Positions 39,591 to 53,193 of a stretch of 64,000 bases of DNA are shown in pieces. Every line of letters begins with the position of its first letter. The stretch's first letter is position 1. This stretch comes from Octopus vulgaris (lineage: Eukaryota), in the NCBI GenBank assembly GCA_951406725.2, contig OX597816.1, positions 116,932,001 to 116,996,000 on the forward strand, read 5' to 3'. The notes under the pieces are model-generated. The model saw only the letters and a program-made list of their open reading frames with translations. It did not search any database and was not told where the DNA came from. The position numbers were made by a program, and so were the translations under genes.

Positions 39591-40703
39591 GTACACATAC
39601 ACACGCACATATATATTGTTTCGAATTTGTGTGACTGTGTATAGAATATATATATATATATAGCTGAGCTCTGCACAGTTTCCATTTACAAAATTGCTCT
39701 CAATACAAGGCTAAAGTAGAATAAATTTGCCAAAGTAACCACACAATAGGATCAAAACCAGAACAAATTGAGAGCAAAGTTAACTTCATAACTACACAGA
39801 TATATCTGCACCTATTATAATGCTGACAAAGAAATAGTAAAATTATTAGTTAGAAAGAGAGAAACCGAGAGAAGGGGAGAAAGGGCATGGTATATTATTT
39901 AGTGGCCCAAGATATACAAACATTTCTTAGATATAATCTGTAAAACTTTTGGAGTGAGCAAGACTGTTGGAAGATAAAGAGAATGTTCTCTCACTTTTAT
40001 TCTAGAACTAATATATTCTATAGATAACATCTTAAAACATTTTTTCCTGCTCTTAAATTTTGGTAGAGTTTCATATTGTTTATTTTTTTCTTTAGAGATC
40101 TTATAAGTCTTAATTGTTTAGCTGAGATCTTGTGAAATTTTTGCTGTGTTCACCAAACAAAACTTGTATGTTTATTTCTTTGACCTCATGTACTCAGATG
40201 TACTCATTTTCCAATTATGTGACATTCATGTGACAGTCACATATTTCATATTTCTGTTTCATGATCTTTTGCACATTCTTGTAATGTTTTTAAACATTAT
40301 TTCTACAGGATTTTCTTTCTCACACCCGTAGTTTTAGTCAAAATAGGGGAAGCAGATTTAACATACTGTTCAGCTTTGCAACACCATCTGATTCTTGGGT
40401 ACCTTTAGCAAAATGAATGTTTTTGCAATCATTTATACTAAGGCCCTGTTCCTGACCAGTCTAGATTTTCCTACATATGGTCAGGTTGGGTATCAGTCTC
40501 CATCAATCTCACCAATATAGGAGTGCTCACAAAATCATAGCACTTTCCCTTTTCTTCTTACAAGTTTTTTTAATCTAGTAAAATTTATTTACATCTTTCT
40601 TGTAGTCATATTACTTTAATGCGGCTTCAACAAAACAGGTCAGAGTTAAAGTGAATGGTACTTTGACTTTCTTTTTTTTATCAATGGTGGTTACTGTCCA
40701 GCC

Positions 40704-40786
40704 CAGACTTTTCCAACCTTTTCACTACCAAGGACTCCTTTTATCTAAATGAGTTTTCCCACGGACCCCTTTTAATATGCTTATCC

Positions 40787-40825
<39 letters not shown>

Positions 40826-40936
40826 TTCATATATATATATATATATATATTTGAAATTTTGAATTTAGCTCATGGGCCCCCAGTTCTACTTTTGCAGACC
40901 ACCAGGGGTCCATGGACCACATGTTGGGAACCACTG
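40704..40936. mobile_element. hAT-type MITE
   Basis: Right TIR gttgggaaccactg, degenerate left cagacttttccaac, 8-bp flanks gtccagcc/gtctagct; a related end occurs at 24305-24361. Confidence 0.7.
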
Positions 40937-41240
40937 GTCTAGCTCATTGCAAATGGCTCTGTTACATAGAAGTTAGCAATAAAATAAGTGGAAAGAGATT
41001 TTTACTCTCATATAAATCTGTTTCAAAACAATTCTAAAAAGAGGGTGCACATTGAAGTTACATTGAAAGTGAAAACCCTGACAATCAGGAAATATCTTTT
41101 GGATAATATCACAGGTATTGTAGTGTGACTGAGAAATTCACTTTCCAATATGTATGTATGCATGTATGTATGTATGTATAAATGTATGTATGTATGTATG
41201 TATGTATGTATGTATGTTGTTATGTATGTATGTGTGTGTG

Positions 41241-41272
<32 letters not shown>

Positions 41273-41714
41273 TTTATATATGTATGCATGTATGCGCATA
41301 TGCGTGTATGCGTGTATGTATGTATGTATGTATGTAATCATATTCTTAATTATTTTCAACATTTTAACAACCATTTTTTTTTTCCATGCTAGCATGGATT
41401 GGGCAAGACTGCATGAAAGGGAAATGTTCCAGAGCCGGATTATGTAAATGGAAACTCATAAGTGAACAGCAAAAGAAATCTTCAGAGAAAGACTTCCCAT
41501 CAGCTCATTAGTTCTTTATTTTCTAAGGGAGCCAAACCCAACAAGGTCAGTACTCTGCAACCATTTTTTCATCTGTGCTACACTTATATTCTTTTCAAAA
41601 TTTGGCAGCACACCTGATCTAAATATATAACTAAAGGTATAGGGGAAAATATTTTGTTCAGGTTACACTGTGGCACACCTAGCATCATCTCATTGCACAC
41701 CAGTATGCCATGGC

Positions 41715-41960
41715 ATTCTGGATGCCCTTCCTAACGCCAACCACTCCGTGAGTGTAGTGGGTGCTTTTTATGTGCCACCCGCACTGGGGCCAGACAGAGC
41801 TGGCAAACGGCCACGAACGGATGGTGCTTTTATGTGCCACTGGCACGAGGGCCAGGCAAGGCTGGCAACGGACACGAAATGGGGCGGTGCTGGCAACGGT
41901 CGCGAAACGGAAAGTTCTCTTACATGCCACCGGCACTGGTAACACATCTGCAATTTCAAA
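41715..41960 (-). mobile_element. RTE 3'-tail repeat (family C) fragment with about 3 motif units
   Basis: ctggatgcccttcctaacgccaaccactccg...ggtgctttttatgtgccacc, repeated. Confidence 0.8.
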
Positions 41961-41979
41961 CATTATAAATACAGTCAAC

Positions 41980-42037
<58 letters not shown>

Positions 42038-42093
42038 GTAGGTAGGTAGGTAGGTAGGTAGGTAGGTAGTAGGAAGGTAGGTAGTATAAACAT

Positions 42094-42330
42094 CAAGGCG
42101 GTGAGCTGGCAGATGCATTAGCACACCGGGCGAAATGCTTTGCGGTATTTCGTCTACCATAACGTTGTGAGTTCAAATTCCGCCAAGGTCGACTTTGCCT
42201 TTCATCCTTTCGGGGTCGATAAATTAAGCACCAGTTACACACTGGGGTCGATGTAATCGACTTAATACCTATGTATATCCTTGTTTGTCCCCTCTATGTT
42301 TAGCCCCTTTTGGGTAATAAAGAAATAGGT
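42094..42330 (+). mobile_element. SINE family B, full copy
   Basis: aaggcggtgagctggcag...gagttcaaattccgccaaggtcgactttgcc...gggtaataaagaaatag. Confidence 0.9.
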
Positions 42331-42424
42331 ATAAACATCGATATTTACATGGAGCTGTGTATGACTATGTTCATGTCTATATATGCAGATATATATATGT
42401 ATATTATGTCTCTGTGGTATATAT

Positions 42425-42890
42425 GTAGGTTCCCTCAACCGCTAGGGTGTGGCACTTTTTCACACAACTATCTTCATCCATTCTCGCCACATGACCATAC
42501 CAGCGCAAACGTCTCTCTTGCACACCACAACTGATGCTTCTTAGGTCCAGCTTTTCTCTCAAGGTACTTACACTCTGCCGAGTGTGAGTACCGGCATTAC
42601 ACATCCATCGGAGCATACTGGCTTCATTTCTAGTGAGCTTACGCATATCCTCAGCAGTCACGGCCCATGTTTCACTGCCATGTAGCATGGCTGTTCGTAC
42701 ACACGCATCATACAGTCTGCCTTTCACTCTGTGCGAGAGGCCTTTTGTCACCAGCAGAGGTAAGAGCTCTCTGAACTTTGCCCAAGCTATTCTTACTCTA
42801 GCAGTTACACTTTCAGCACACCCGCCCCCGCTGCTGACTTGGTCACCTAGGTAACGGAAACTATCAACTATTTCTAGTTTTTCTCCCTAT
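42425..42890 (-). mobile_element. RTE-clade LINE C-terminal fragment
   Basis: VDSFRYLGD...KGRLYDACVRTAMLHGSETWAVTAEDMRKLTRNEASMLRWMC...RRLRWYGHVARMDEDSCVKKC. Confidence 0.9.
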
Positions 42891-43370
42891 ATGTACATAT
42901 ATATATCTTTTAAATTTCTTTATGGTAATATTTTGAATATGCAAATAACACTATATGTACATATATGTGTGTGGTGTGTATGTGTGTGTGTGTGTACATA
43001 TATATATATGTATGTGTATATATATATATGTGTGTGTGTGTACATATACCATATGCATACACACCCACACATACAAATATAGCTATGTGTGTGTGAGAGA
43101 GTAAGTGTGTGTATGTGTGTGAGAATGTGAGAGTGTGTGAGAATGTATGTGTCTGTCTGTCTGTCTGTGTCTGTGCATGTGTGTATAGAAAGAAAGACAA
43201 ATTGCCTGGAAAATGTCAAGTGATGATCATGAAACTCTATCCTGGTAAATGTTATGCATACATTAGCAGAGATGCCATTCAGAGATAAATTGCAAGGAAC
43301 ATCGGTGCTATGATACTGGCCAATCAATTTCTGTGCGAAATGATGATGACCTTTGCTGTTTTCCTTGCAG

Positions 43371-43443
43371 TTTAGTTGCAGAAAGATTCCTGTTCAAAGA
43401 TAAACTCAGTGGATTTATTGTATGCACCTTTATTACAAGAAAG
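43371..43443 (+). other. Possible internal exon (73 nt)
   Basis: ctttgctgttttccttgcag| ... AAG|gtgaga, one open frame [24 protein letters not shown]; no recognisable homology. Confidence 0.2.
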
Positions 43444-43649
43444 GTGAGAGGTTTAATTTGGAAAAAAAAAATTTGAGTTTGGTCTGATAAATGTGTGTAC
43501 ATAGACAATGCACACATATATCTATGTGTGTGTGTGTTTGTATGTGTGTGTGTGTGTGTGTGGATATATATACATATATGTATGTATGTATGTATACATA
43601 TGTGTATATGTATATGTATGTATATATATATATATATATATATACATAA

Positions 43650-43683
<34 letters not shown>

Positions 43684-44332
43684 ATATATGTATGTACATA
43701 TATTTGTGTGGGGAGGAGATGAAAGAATGTATGTATATGTGAGTTTGTGCATATGTGTTTTTATGAAAATATGTTTATATAATATATATATATAGATATA
43801 GTTATAGATATACATGTACATATATACGATATATATACTCATACATACATACATGCATACATACAATATATACATAAATACATACATACATACATACATA
43901 AATACATACATACATACATACATACATACATACATACATACATACATACATACATACATACATACATACATACATACATACATACATACATACATACATA
44001 CATACATAATTATATTTGATACCTATATTGCATCTGTCTTGTGTACAGCAGACACAAGGTTCAATTTCCAAAGATGACTATCTGTGGTTTTCAAAGTAAG
44101 GGAATTTTTACTAGCTAATATGATGAAGTACCCTGGGTGAACTCGGATATGAGTGCACCATCCTCCAGGCAAAACATCCTACAAGTTAAGATGTATAATA
44201 ACACACTCTGCCTTCAAACATGAATATTGCTTAATTCACAGGCATTTTAACTAAGAATATATTTAACTAAGAATATCTTAACTAAGAATATACACATATA
44301 TATATATACATACATATGTATGCAGGTATGGG

Positions 44333-44369
<37 letters not shown>

Positions 44370-44504
44370 GCATGTATGCATGTATATATAGTTACATTAG
44401 ATTGCGTTAGGAACATGGTAGAGTATTGTATAGAGCTCATCCACATTCAGAATTACCCTGTTGTATCAGTAGTATTATTATATACTTCCAAGTTTAAATT
44501 TGGG

Positions 44505-44514
44505 CATTCTTAAT

Positions 44515-44564
<50 letters not shown>

Positions 44565-45745
44565 TACATACATACGTGTTCATACTGACATATATATGTA
44601 TATGCACATGCATATATGGGTACAGGACGTCAAAAAACTTAAACACAAAAACATGAAAAGCGAACTTTTCTTTGAACAACAAAAGAAACAAATAGAAAAA
44701 CGAGACAGGCAACATAAAGAACAATCCATGTTGCCTGTCGTTTTTCTATTTGTTTCTTTCGTTATTCGCAAAAAAGTTCGTTTTCCATGTTTTCGTATTT
44801 CATGTTCTCGTGTTTCATGTTTTTTACGTATTTTGACGTCCTGTACTCATATATGCATGTGTATATACATATATATGTGAGCATGTACACTTATGCATGT
44901 ATATATGCATATATATATATATATATTATTTATATTATTATATGATCGAATGCCACGTATTCATTTCCAAGTAAGTTTTATCTTAATAATTCTGATGCGA
45001 CACTATTCTATCACTATCTCTATTCTCTCTCTCTCTCTCTCTTCTTCTTTCTATATTTTTTCTCTCCCACCCTTTCTCTAATTTTTCTCCTCCCCTTCAC
45101 CGTTCCCTATCTCTCCCTCTCTCTCTCTCTCCGTCACTTTTCCTCCTTGACTCTCTCATTGCTTACACGTGACCAGCGGCCATCTTTCTTCTAACTCGAA
45201 TTTCTTTCAGTCTTCTCGTTCAGCTACAAGGGATATCACGCATTTTTGTCTGTCTCCTGTCAAAGTTTGTTTCTCCGGCGTTCACCACTTCACCTCGTTA
45301 TGGCTTAACAGCCCTTACCATTTTTTTTAACTGTCTTGTTTTTGTTACCAACTTTGACCCTCTGCAAATCCCAAATTTTATTTAGTTTGCTTTGCAGGAG
45401 CGACTGTTTTGATGAAGACGCATCTTGTCCTAACGTTCGAAATGCAGAGTAGATAAAACAGTGGACAACTGATGAAGGGATTGTTCTTTATCTTGCCTGT
45501 CTCGTTTTTCTATTTGTTTCTTTCGTTGTTCGCAAAAAAGTTCGTTTTCCATGTTTTTGTATATCATGTTCTCGTTTTTCATGTTGTTTACGGATTTTGA
45601 TGTCCTGTACCCATATATGCATGTGTATATTATATATATCTAAGTATGTACACGTATATATGTATATATGCATATATACATATTATTTATATTATTATAT
45701 GATCGAACACCACGCATCCATTTCCAAGTAAGTTTTATCTATATA
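44505..45745 (+). mobile_element. Non-autonomous Penelope-like element: inverted partial repeat followed by direct repeats
   Basis: 44505-44727 is the reverse complement of the ~250-bp unit present directly at 44728-44980 and 45478-45740; degenerate hammerhead-like motif at 45403-45462. Confidence 0.65.
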
Positions 45746-46488
45746 TCAGACCATGTTGATGGAGCTCGACATCAAAAGTTCTGCAGTAGGTCTCAAGATG
45801 AACCGCATGAAAACAAAGTTCATGCGGTCAGACAACGTACCAACAGGTCGAATGGTGATCGGCAGTGATGAAGTAGAGGAGGTAAAGGAATATGTCTACC
45901 TGGGACAGGAAGTGAATATGTGCCGAGATATCGAAAAGGAGATCTCACGGAGAGTAAGGGCCAGATGGAAGGCGTTTAATGGCATAAGGGATGTGCTCAA
46001 GGGAAGGTTGGACAGGACTACCCGCGTCAACCTCATTAACAGTACAGTTCTACCTGCAATGTTATATGGTAGTGAAACATGGGCTACCACAAAGAGAGAA
46101 GAGCAGAGACTGGTAACGGCTCAAAGAGCCATGGAAAGGTCAATGCTTGGTATCTCGTTGAGAGAGCACATCAGTAATGAGATCATCAGAAAGAAGCCAG
46201 GCATGAGAGATGTCATCGCAGAGTATACACGCAGCAAATATAGATGGGCTGGACACGTCGCCCGGCTCACCGATAATCGGTGGACCCACGCAATAGTCAA
46301 GTGGTACCCACACAAGCGGAAAAGACCACCCAGAAGACCTCCACGGCGGTGGAGTTATGATTTCAGGAGGACGATTGGGATCACGTGGATGAGAAAGGCA
46401 CGATTCAGAGAGGAGTGGACAGCGTGCTGTGACCAGCGGTGTCAAATGGACGCCTGACGGACTGGTCGGTCAAGGTGATCAAGGTGAT
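45746..46488 (+). mobile_element. 5'-truncated young RTE-clade LINE with uninterrupted 234-aa C-terminal ORF (45753-46457)
   Basis: GLKMNRMKTKFM, VKEYVYLGQ, VLPAMLYGSETW, KYRWAGHVARLTDNRW, RPPRRW; tandem tail caaggtgatcaaggtgat; inserted in (TA)n. Confidence 0.92.
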
Positions 46489-46504
46489 ATATATATATAT
46501 ATAT

Positions 46505-46600
46505 ATTAATGCGAGAAGATGGCTTGATCAGACTTTATTACAAATTACTACAACTGTTTCACTCCAACAATAGCTGTTTTCATGCACATCCTCAGGTGAC
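46505..46600 (-). mobile_element. Short pseudo-LTR-like remnant with degenerate hammerhead motif
   Basis: Minus strand cac-CTGAGGA-tg...gt-GAAA-CAGTTG-TA-gta...AATAAA. Confidence 0.4.
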
Positions 46601-46929
46601 CAGATTCAAAGCACATATGCACGCACACACACATGCATATATAAATATATGCATAAATGAATAAATACAACCACACAGTATGAGATCAGCAAGTCTTAAC
46701 TGATAAAGTGAAACCATTCAATAAATGAATATAAAGTTAAATTAAGTAGTATATTTGTATCTTTCAACAATCATAGAAGAGTCAGCTCATTTATCACTCA
46801 TTGGAATCAAACCCAAAACCATAGAACCTTCTTAATCACACCACTATTTCTGCACCTAAGTAATAAAATGATTACCAATAATACATCACAAGTGGAATCA
46901 ATTCTAACAAATTTGTACTGTTGTGCATC

Positions 46930-47160
46930 TTCATCATCATCATTATCATTTAATGTCTGCTTTCCATGCTGGCATGAATTTGACAGGAGCTGGCTAGGCA
47001 GAAGACTGAACCATGCTTCGCTGTCTGTTCTGGCATGGTTTTTACAGCTGGCTGCCTTTCCTAACACAAACCATTCCACAGAGTAGACTGAGTGTTTTGT
47101 GTATGGCACCAGTACAGGTGAGGTCAGTTTTAGCATGTTTTTTTTCTTATTTTACAGCTG
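46930..47160 (-). mobile_element. RTE 3'-tail repeat (family C), old copy
   Basis: (cat)n-ttaatgtctgctttccatgctggcatg...tttacagctggctgcctttcctaacac. Confidence 0.7.
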
Positions 47161-47369
47161 GATAAATTATAATTCTCCTACTTTTTGTTTTGTTTTGTTT
47201 TTTGTGCTTTTTTTCACATTTCATAGTAGCAGTATTTAAATGTTAGTATTCTGTCTGTGACCCATTGTGGGATTAGTTAAAATTTTGTCAAAAAATTTTT
47301 GGGATTTTTTTCACTATTTGTATCAGAAGCAAATCTTAATTTGTTTTTAATTTCTTTTTTTATTGAGCC

Positions 47370-47715
47370 ATAGGATTCAGTCCCACTCAGCATGGCACCT
47401 GGGGCAAGTGACTTATACTATAGCCTCAAGCTGACCAAAGCCTTGTGAGTGGATTTGATAGATGGAATCTGATAAAAGCCTGTTGTGTGAGTGTGTGTGT
47501 GTGTGTCTTTTTGCTTGTGTTTGTCCACCACCACCACTTGACAACCAGTGTTGGTGTTTTTACAATCTTGTAACTTAGCAGTTTGGCAAAAGTGGTCCAT
47601 AGATTAAGTAGCAGGCTTAAAAAATAAGTACTGAGGTTGATTTGTTCAACTGAAATTCTTCAAGGCGGTGCCCCAGCATTACCACAGTCTAATGACTGAA
47701 ACAAATAAAAGATAA
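47370..47715 (+). mobile_element. SINE family A, old CpG-decayed copy
   Basis: ttcagtcccac...ggcaagtg...ccttgtgagtggatttg...aatgactgaaacaaataaaagataa. Confidence 0.8.
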
Positions 47716-49559
47716 ATTATTAAAATCTAATTTAAATGAAATGAAACTGCTCATAAGGGCAGTTAGGATGTTGTATCCACAATCGCAAGATCTTGGTTTC
47801 AATTCCCAGAACAGAAGTGCACTGAATTCTTGAGCAAAACAATTTATTTAACATTACTCCAGTCTACTCAGCTGTAAATTGGTAACCCTGCAATGGACTG
47901 ACATCCCATTCAAGGGGAACGCTGGCCTACCTAGCCAGTGGAGTGGTATCGTTCAAAGGCTACACCAATACAAGGAAGTGCATTGTGACCAGCAGTGTAT
48001 AAAAACATCTAGTCAATACAATGAAAAAATGTTATAATAAAAGCTACAGTATTTGAGATAAGATTCTCTGAGGTTTTACATTTTCTTGTTTAGAATTTCA
48101 TACACTATTTAAACACTTTCTATAGTGTTTTTTTTTTCTCTAGTTGGAATAGATTTGTTTTATTTATTTATTTACCTATAAGTATGTATTGTTCGCTATC
48201 ATAAATTCATTGGTGAGATGTCTCAACAACGACGTCTACATTTATCCAGTGGAAGTTATCAATTTCCATGAGGGTAATTAAATGTCTATATATATATTAC
48301 TTTATATTACACATTATGGCTTACTTGCAAAGGTCTTGTTATTGAAGAATTATTATGTTTAACTTTGTTTGCTTTTTCGTTGCTTAATTCTATAATAATT
48401 CAATTTAGTTTATCTGTTAGGTGCCGAACATCATAATTATTAATGTCATTGTATAATATTATGTTCAAGTTACTACTGCATTTGCTTACAGAATTAAATT
48501 CTATATATTATATTATCCACAAATTCATCAGTTTTATTCATATTTTTATTATTAAATATCTCATTATATTTCTATATATATATTTCTCAATAACCTTTTA
48601 GAATGTTCATTGTTGATGAAGAATTACTGGATTCTGTTTCTTTATTTAAGAGCTCTTTTATTTTGTAATTGGAGAAGAACTTTATGTAATTTTTTTTTTT
48701 TTATATATATATATGACTGTATTTTTTAACATGCAACACTCACACTTCATATTAACATATATTTTTGTTTGTATACTTAGCAAGAACAGAATTATTAGTT
48801 TATCATTTACATTTTCTATATATAATTCTATGAAAGGCAATTACTTTTAAGACTCAACTTATAGGTAAATTCAAGTATTCTGTTGTTTACCTTAGTGATT
48901 TTTAATTTCCAAATATTATCGAGTTCTTCAATGTGAAAGTCTTATTAGTCTAACTGCTTCTTTTTCCTGTCTCCATTTGGCACTAGTAATAAATAATATC
49001 ATTATATGCTTAAAATTTTTGCAGTTCACTTATAATCTATTTTATCATCTATAATATATTTAAGATAAGCTACAGACTTTTGCATGATGTTAAGAAATTT
49101 TATGAAGAAGGAAAAATAATTATAAAATAGGTTTTATTCAATATCCTAAATGAGCATTGTTTGGTATGACAGTTTATATAACATTTAAAAACAGTATGCT
49201 CTTCTTTTAAGGTGATAGGTCCTTTTTCAGAATTAACCTGTATGTGCTTACAAATCTGCTGTTGTTTATTCACATATGAAGTTTTTCTATGGCTAAAGGT
49301 AGCAAGTTTGATATGATTCATTGCAGAATGTTTCTGAGGGCTCTGTTCATAAAAATAAAGTGGATTTAAAGGGAGCAGTCAAAGTTGCATGTAGATGATG
49401 CTTATGTGTGGTTGTTTACAGATGAAGAGTGAAGTAAGGTAACATCTGCATAGAAGAGAGTATTGTTGAAGTTAATGGCAAGCAGATCATTGTAGAAAAG
49501 AGTAAGGGATGTAACAGAGCTTTCAGGCATACCAAAGTTGGTAGAACATAGGTCAGAAA

Positions 49560-50025
49560 GAGTTCTGTCTGTCTGTGACTGTATTTTTGTGTTTGTGTTT
49601 GTCTCCCACCACAGCTTGACAACCAGTGCTGGTGTGTTTACATCCTTGTCACTTAGCAGTTTGACAAAATAGAGCAATAGAATAAATTGCAAGCTTAGAA
49701 GGAAAAAAGAAGGTACTGGGATCAATTCATTCAACTAAAAGTTCTACAAGGTGCCTCTGTATGGCTGTAGACTAATGATTGAAACAAGTTGAAGATAAAA
49801 GATAATTAAACATTGATTTCAAAGTTTGACCCAAGACCACCAAAAGTTTGGGAGAGGTGACAAGTCAATTACATTGATTCCAGTACTCAACATGTACTTA
49901 TTTTATCGACCCTGAAAAGATGCAAGGCAAAGTTGACCTCGGTAACATTTAAACTTAGAACGTGCAGACAGACAAAATGTTGCTAAGCATTTTGCCCAGC
50001 ATGCTAATGATTCTACCACCTTGAG
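49560..50025. mobile_element. SINE family A 3' half (+) followed by SINE family B (-), both CpG-decayed
   Basis: Similarity to 21330-21530 and to the reverse complement of 4393-4550. Confidence 0.75.
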
Positions 50026-51714
50026 ATAATTAAATATTGCTAAATATTACACTGCATTTGTCCTTCACTCTCCCAATTCTTCCAGTTCACTTATAGCATA
50101 TCATATTGTTATAAATATGCTCACACAAATTTGTACCCAGCATAACATACTTGCAAACAAATAGGTACACACCCACACACACACACACACACTCACATAC
50201 ACTCACTAGACACACACACACATTCACATTCTGGGACACATATACATACCTGTTCTGACCTTTACTTACATTTCCCTTTCATTTCAGAAATACTTCACTT
50301 TTTTACCGCCCCTATCCCCCCCCCACTCCACTCTTTTCACTCTCATCTTTTCTCCTTCAATAATTCTTCCATTTATAGACTGCCTAACGTCAATCTCAGC
50401 CATCCAACAGCTGAAAATAAAAGACCCTTGGTCTTTGTTTAGATATCACCCTGGGAGAGATAATGCTGATGTAACACTTGCGACTTTAGTTGCATCCAAT
50501 GGTACAGACAAGGTTTTCTGATGAGCTAAATTGCATACATTGTTTTGAGAGTGGGATTAGTCCTGTGCAAGGTATTTCCACACTTTAAAAAGCTTCCAAC
50601 ACGGGAATAGCTTGATTTTTAACATCTCTCTATGCATCTCTACTATGTATAACATGTTATGGCTGGCCATAAACAAGAAAGGCAAATCAGTCAATGAAAA
50701 ATCCCATGATGGAATAAAGGCATATGTGGGTTGTAAGCTCTCTGAACACCTGCTGCAAGAAACAACCATAATTGCCACATAGGTACAAAAAAAATGTGCC
50801 GGCTGCTAGCAGGGATGAAACCCTACATCCATAGTGCTCATGTTTAAGAGAATAATCAAGTGATGGCATTACTCAAAATCAAGTTGCAGTCACTATATAT
50901 ATATATATAAGGTGGCTAAACACAATTTAAAACCAAGAGGCAATTATATATAAATATATATATGTGTATATAAAGTAACATACTGAGGGAAAAGGACAGA
51001 AAAGGAGAAGGGAAGGAAGGAAAGAAAAATATCTTCTGCTACAAAGAAGTGTTTAGGAGAAGTAGGTGGAGATGAGAGGCTGTATACCAGGTGTCAAAAG
51101 GCTAAAGTATGATAGAATGACAAGCACAGATGTCTTCCTACAGAGGAGATAATTAGCTGAAGAAGACAGGACGGTAATAATAACATGCTAGAGTATACTC
51201 TCAAGGAACAGGGGACAAGGTGAACATAAGTGAGGACAAGGACGATGGATCATAGGAGGGGATGAGAGAGTGGATGCTTTCCTAAGAGTGTGAGGGGAAA
51301 TTAAATAGGTGATGGTAGAGGTTAGTGTATTGAAGGATGAACATGGATTTCTATGCAGATGAATGCAGAGGATTAAAGTGTGAAATGCAGGAGTGGCTCA
51401 GGAAGGAGTATAGAACATAAAGTAGTTGAATGATGTGCAAGATGGCAGAGCTCTGCAAAGGGAAAGATAGAGATACAAAAAGGGCTATAATAGGTGGGTC
51501 ATATGAGTTTGTGAGTGCATGTGTGTGTATATATATATATATATTAACTTGTTGAAAATTATGAATTAGAAAAACATGCTTAAAAGTTTCAAATAAATTT
51601 ATTTAAAAACAATTAAAAGTTTTTCAAATTTAGGTGCATTTTCAACAACAAATTTTCCTATATTTTTCCTGTGCAGAAATACATATCCTTATTTGTTTTA
51701 TATGTATATATATA

Positions 51715-52112
51715 CTAGCAGTATCGCCCGGCGTTGCTCGGGTTTGTAAGGGAAATAACTATATAAGCACTTTTAGAGAGTTATAGCCAAAAAATAGCAA
51801 AAAAATGCATTAAAAATGGGAAAAAAATGATGGTAAATTTTTTTTAAATCGTTGACTCATCGTAGACATTTTTAGAGAGTTACTTCCCTTATATAATAGC
51901 GAAAAAAATGCATTAAAATGGAAAAAAATGATGGTAAATTTTTTTTTAAATCGTAGACTCATCGTAGATGCGCGCTAATACCCAGAAGTGCTTGATATGA
52001 ATCACGACTATAAGATACCCAGTTTTGGTTAAACTGCACCGCAAAATGTGGGAGTAGTTAGGAATCTAAATCGTAGGAGACAGACACACAACTTGACTTT
52101 TATATATAAAGA
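51715..52112 (-). mobile_element. Complete non-autonomous Helitron
   Basis: Minus strand starts TCTTTATATATAAAAG and ends CCCGAGCAACGCCGGGCGATACTGCTAG (GC hairpin plus CTAG); inserted between A and T with no TSD; internal ~100-bp tandem duplication. Confidence 0.88.
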
Positions 52113-52559
52113 TATGTATATATATATATATAACTGGCACTGTCCACTATGACAACAAGGGTTCCACTTGGTCTGATCAACATTAACATGCATGTGGCTA
52201 AGCTCTCCACAAACACACATACCCTTAAATTAGTTCTCAAGGAGAATCAGCATGACACAGAATGTGACATGGGTTGTCTTTTGAAATACAGGTACTACAC
52301 ATTTTTGCCAGCTGATTGGAGACTAAAACATCATGAAACAAAGTGTATTGCTCAAGAACACAATGTGGTGCTGGGAATCAAACTCATGAACTTATAGTCG
52401 TGAACCAAATACACTAACCACTAAGCCATGCACTTTCACTTGTGTGCAGATGTGTATGCGTGTGTGTGTGTGAGAGTGTGTGTGTGTGTGTGTGTGCGTG
52501 TGTGCGCGTGTGTGTGTGCATGTGTGTGTGTGTGTGTGTGTGTGGCCTTAACAATTCTG

Positions 52560-52780
52560 CTGTAGAGAACACATCTTCTTGAGTACAGCAAAGTACCAGA
52601 TATCTCGGTCCTTTGTCATCTTGTCTGAAAGGTTCAGCATCATGAGGTCATCCTTCAGTAGCTATACCCATATTTTCTTGGTCTCCCTCTTACACATGTT
52701 CCATCCACTTTGAGTGATCAGCACTTCTTTATGAAGCTGACAGCATCTATCCACATCACATGACCAAACCAGCATGCTAG
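52560..52780 (-). mobile_element. RTE LINE 3' coding fragment (same family as 42425 and 56565)
   Basis: Minus strand gives WFGHVMWIDAVSFIKKC*SLKVDGTCVRGRPRKYG. Confidence 0.7.
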
Positions 52781-53193
52781 CCCTTGTCGAGAGTGGGGGT
52801 GTGGTTGGTTGGAGAAGTGGCTGCAATGAGAGGGATAACTTGTAGCAAAAAAGATGGGGATGGACTGTGTGTAGTTCTATTCTCATATAATTACAGTAGC
52901 TGACATATATATATGACAGGCTTTGTTTTCTATTTCCATCTACTAAATCTACCTACAAGGCTTTGGTTGTCCCAAGGCTATAGAAGAATAATAGAAGACA
53001 CTTTCACTAAGTGCCATGCAGTGGGACTGAACCTAAAACTTGCATGTACACACAAACACACACACACACACATACACACACATATATACATACTTCCAAC
53101 TACACATATGAAATATACATAACTATACAAATATGCACGCATACATACATATCAAAATACATATATATGTATATACACATAAAAATACATATA

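Noticed and set aside
48000-49400. Possible Penelope-like GIY-YIG remnant on the minus strand
   Set aside because: Similarity is too faint in very AT-rich sequence to support without an HMM search.
50517-50560. CTGATGA as a hammerhead core
   Set aside because: No paired stem II or downstream GAAA/NUH.
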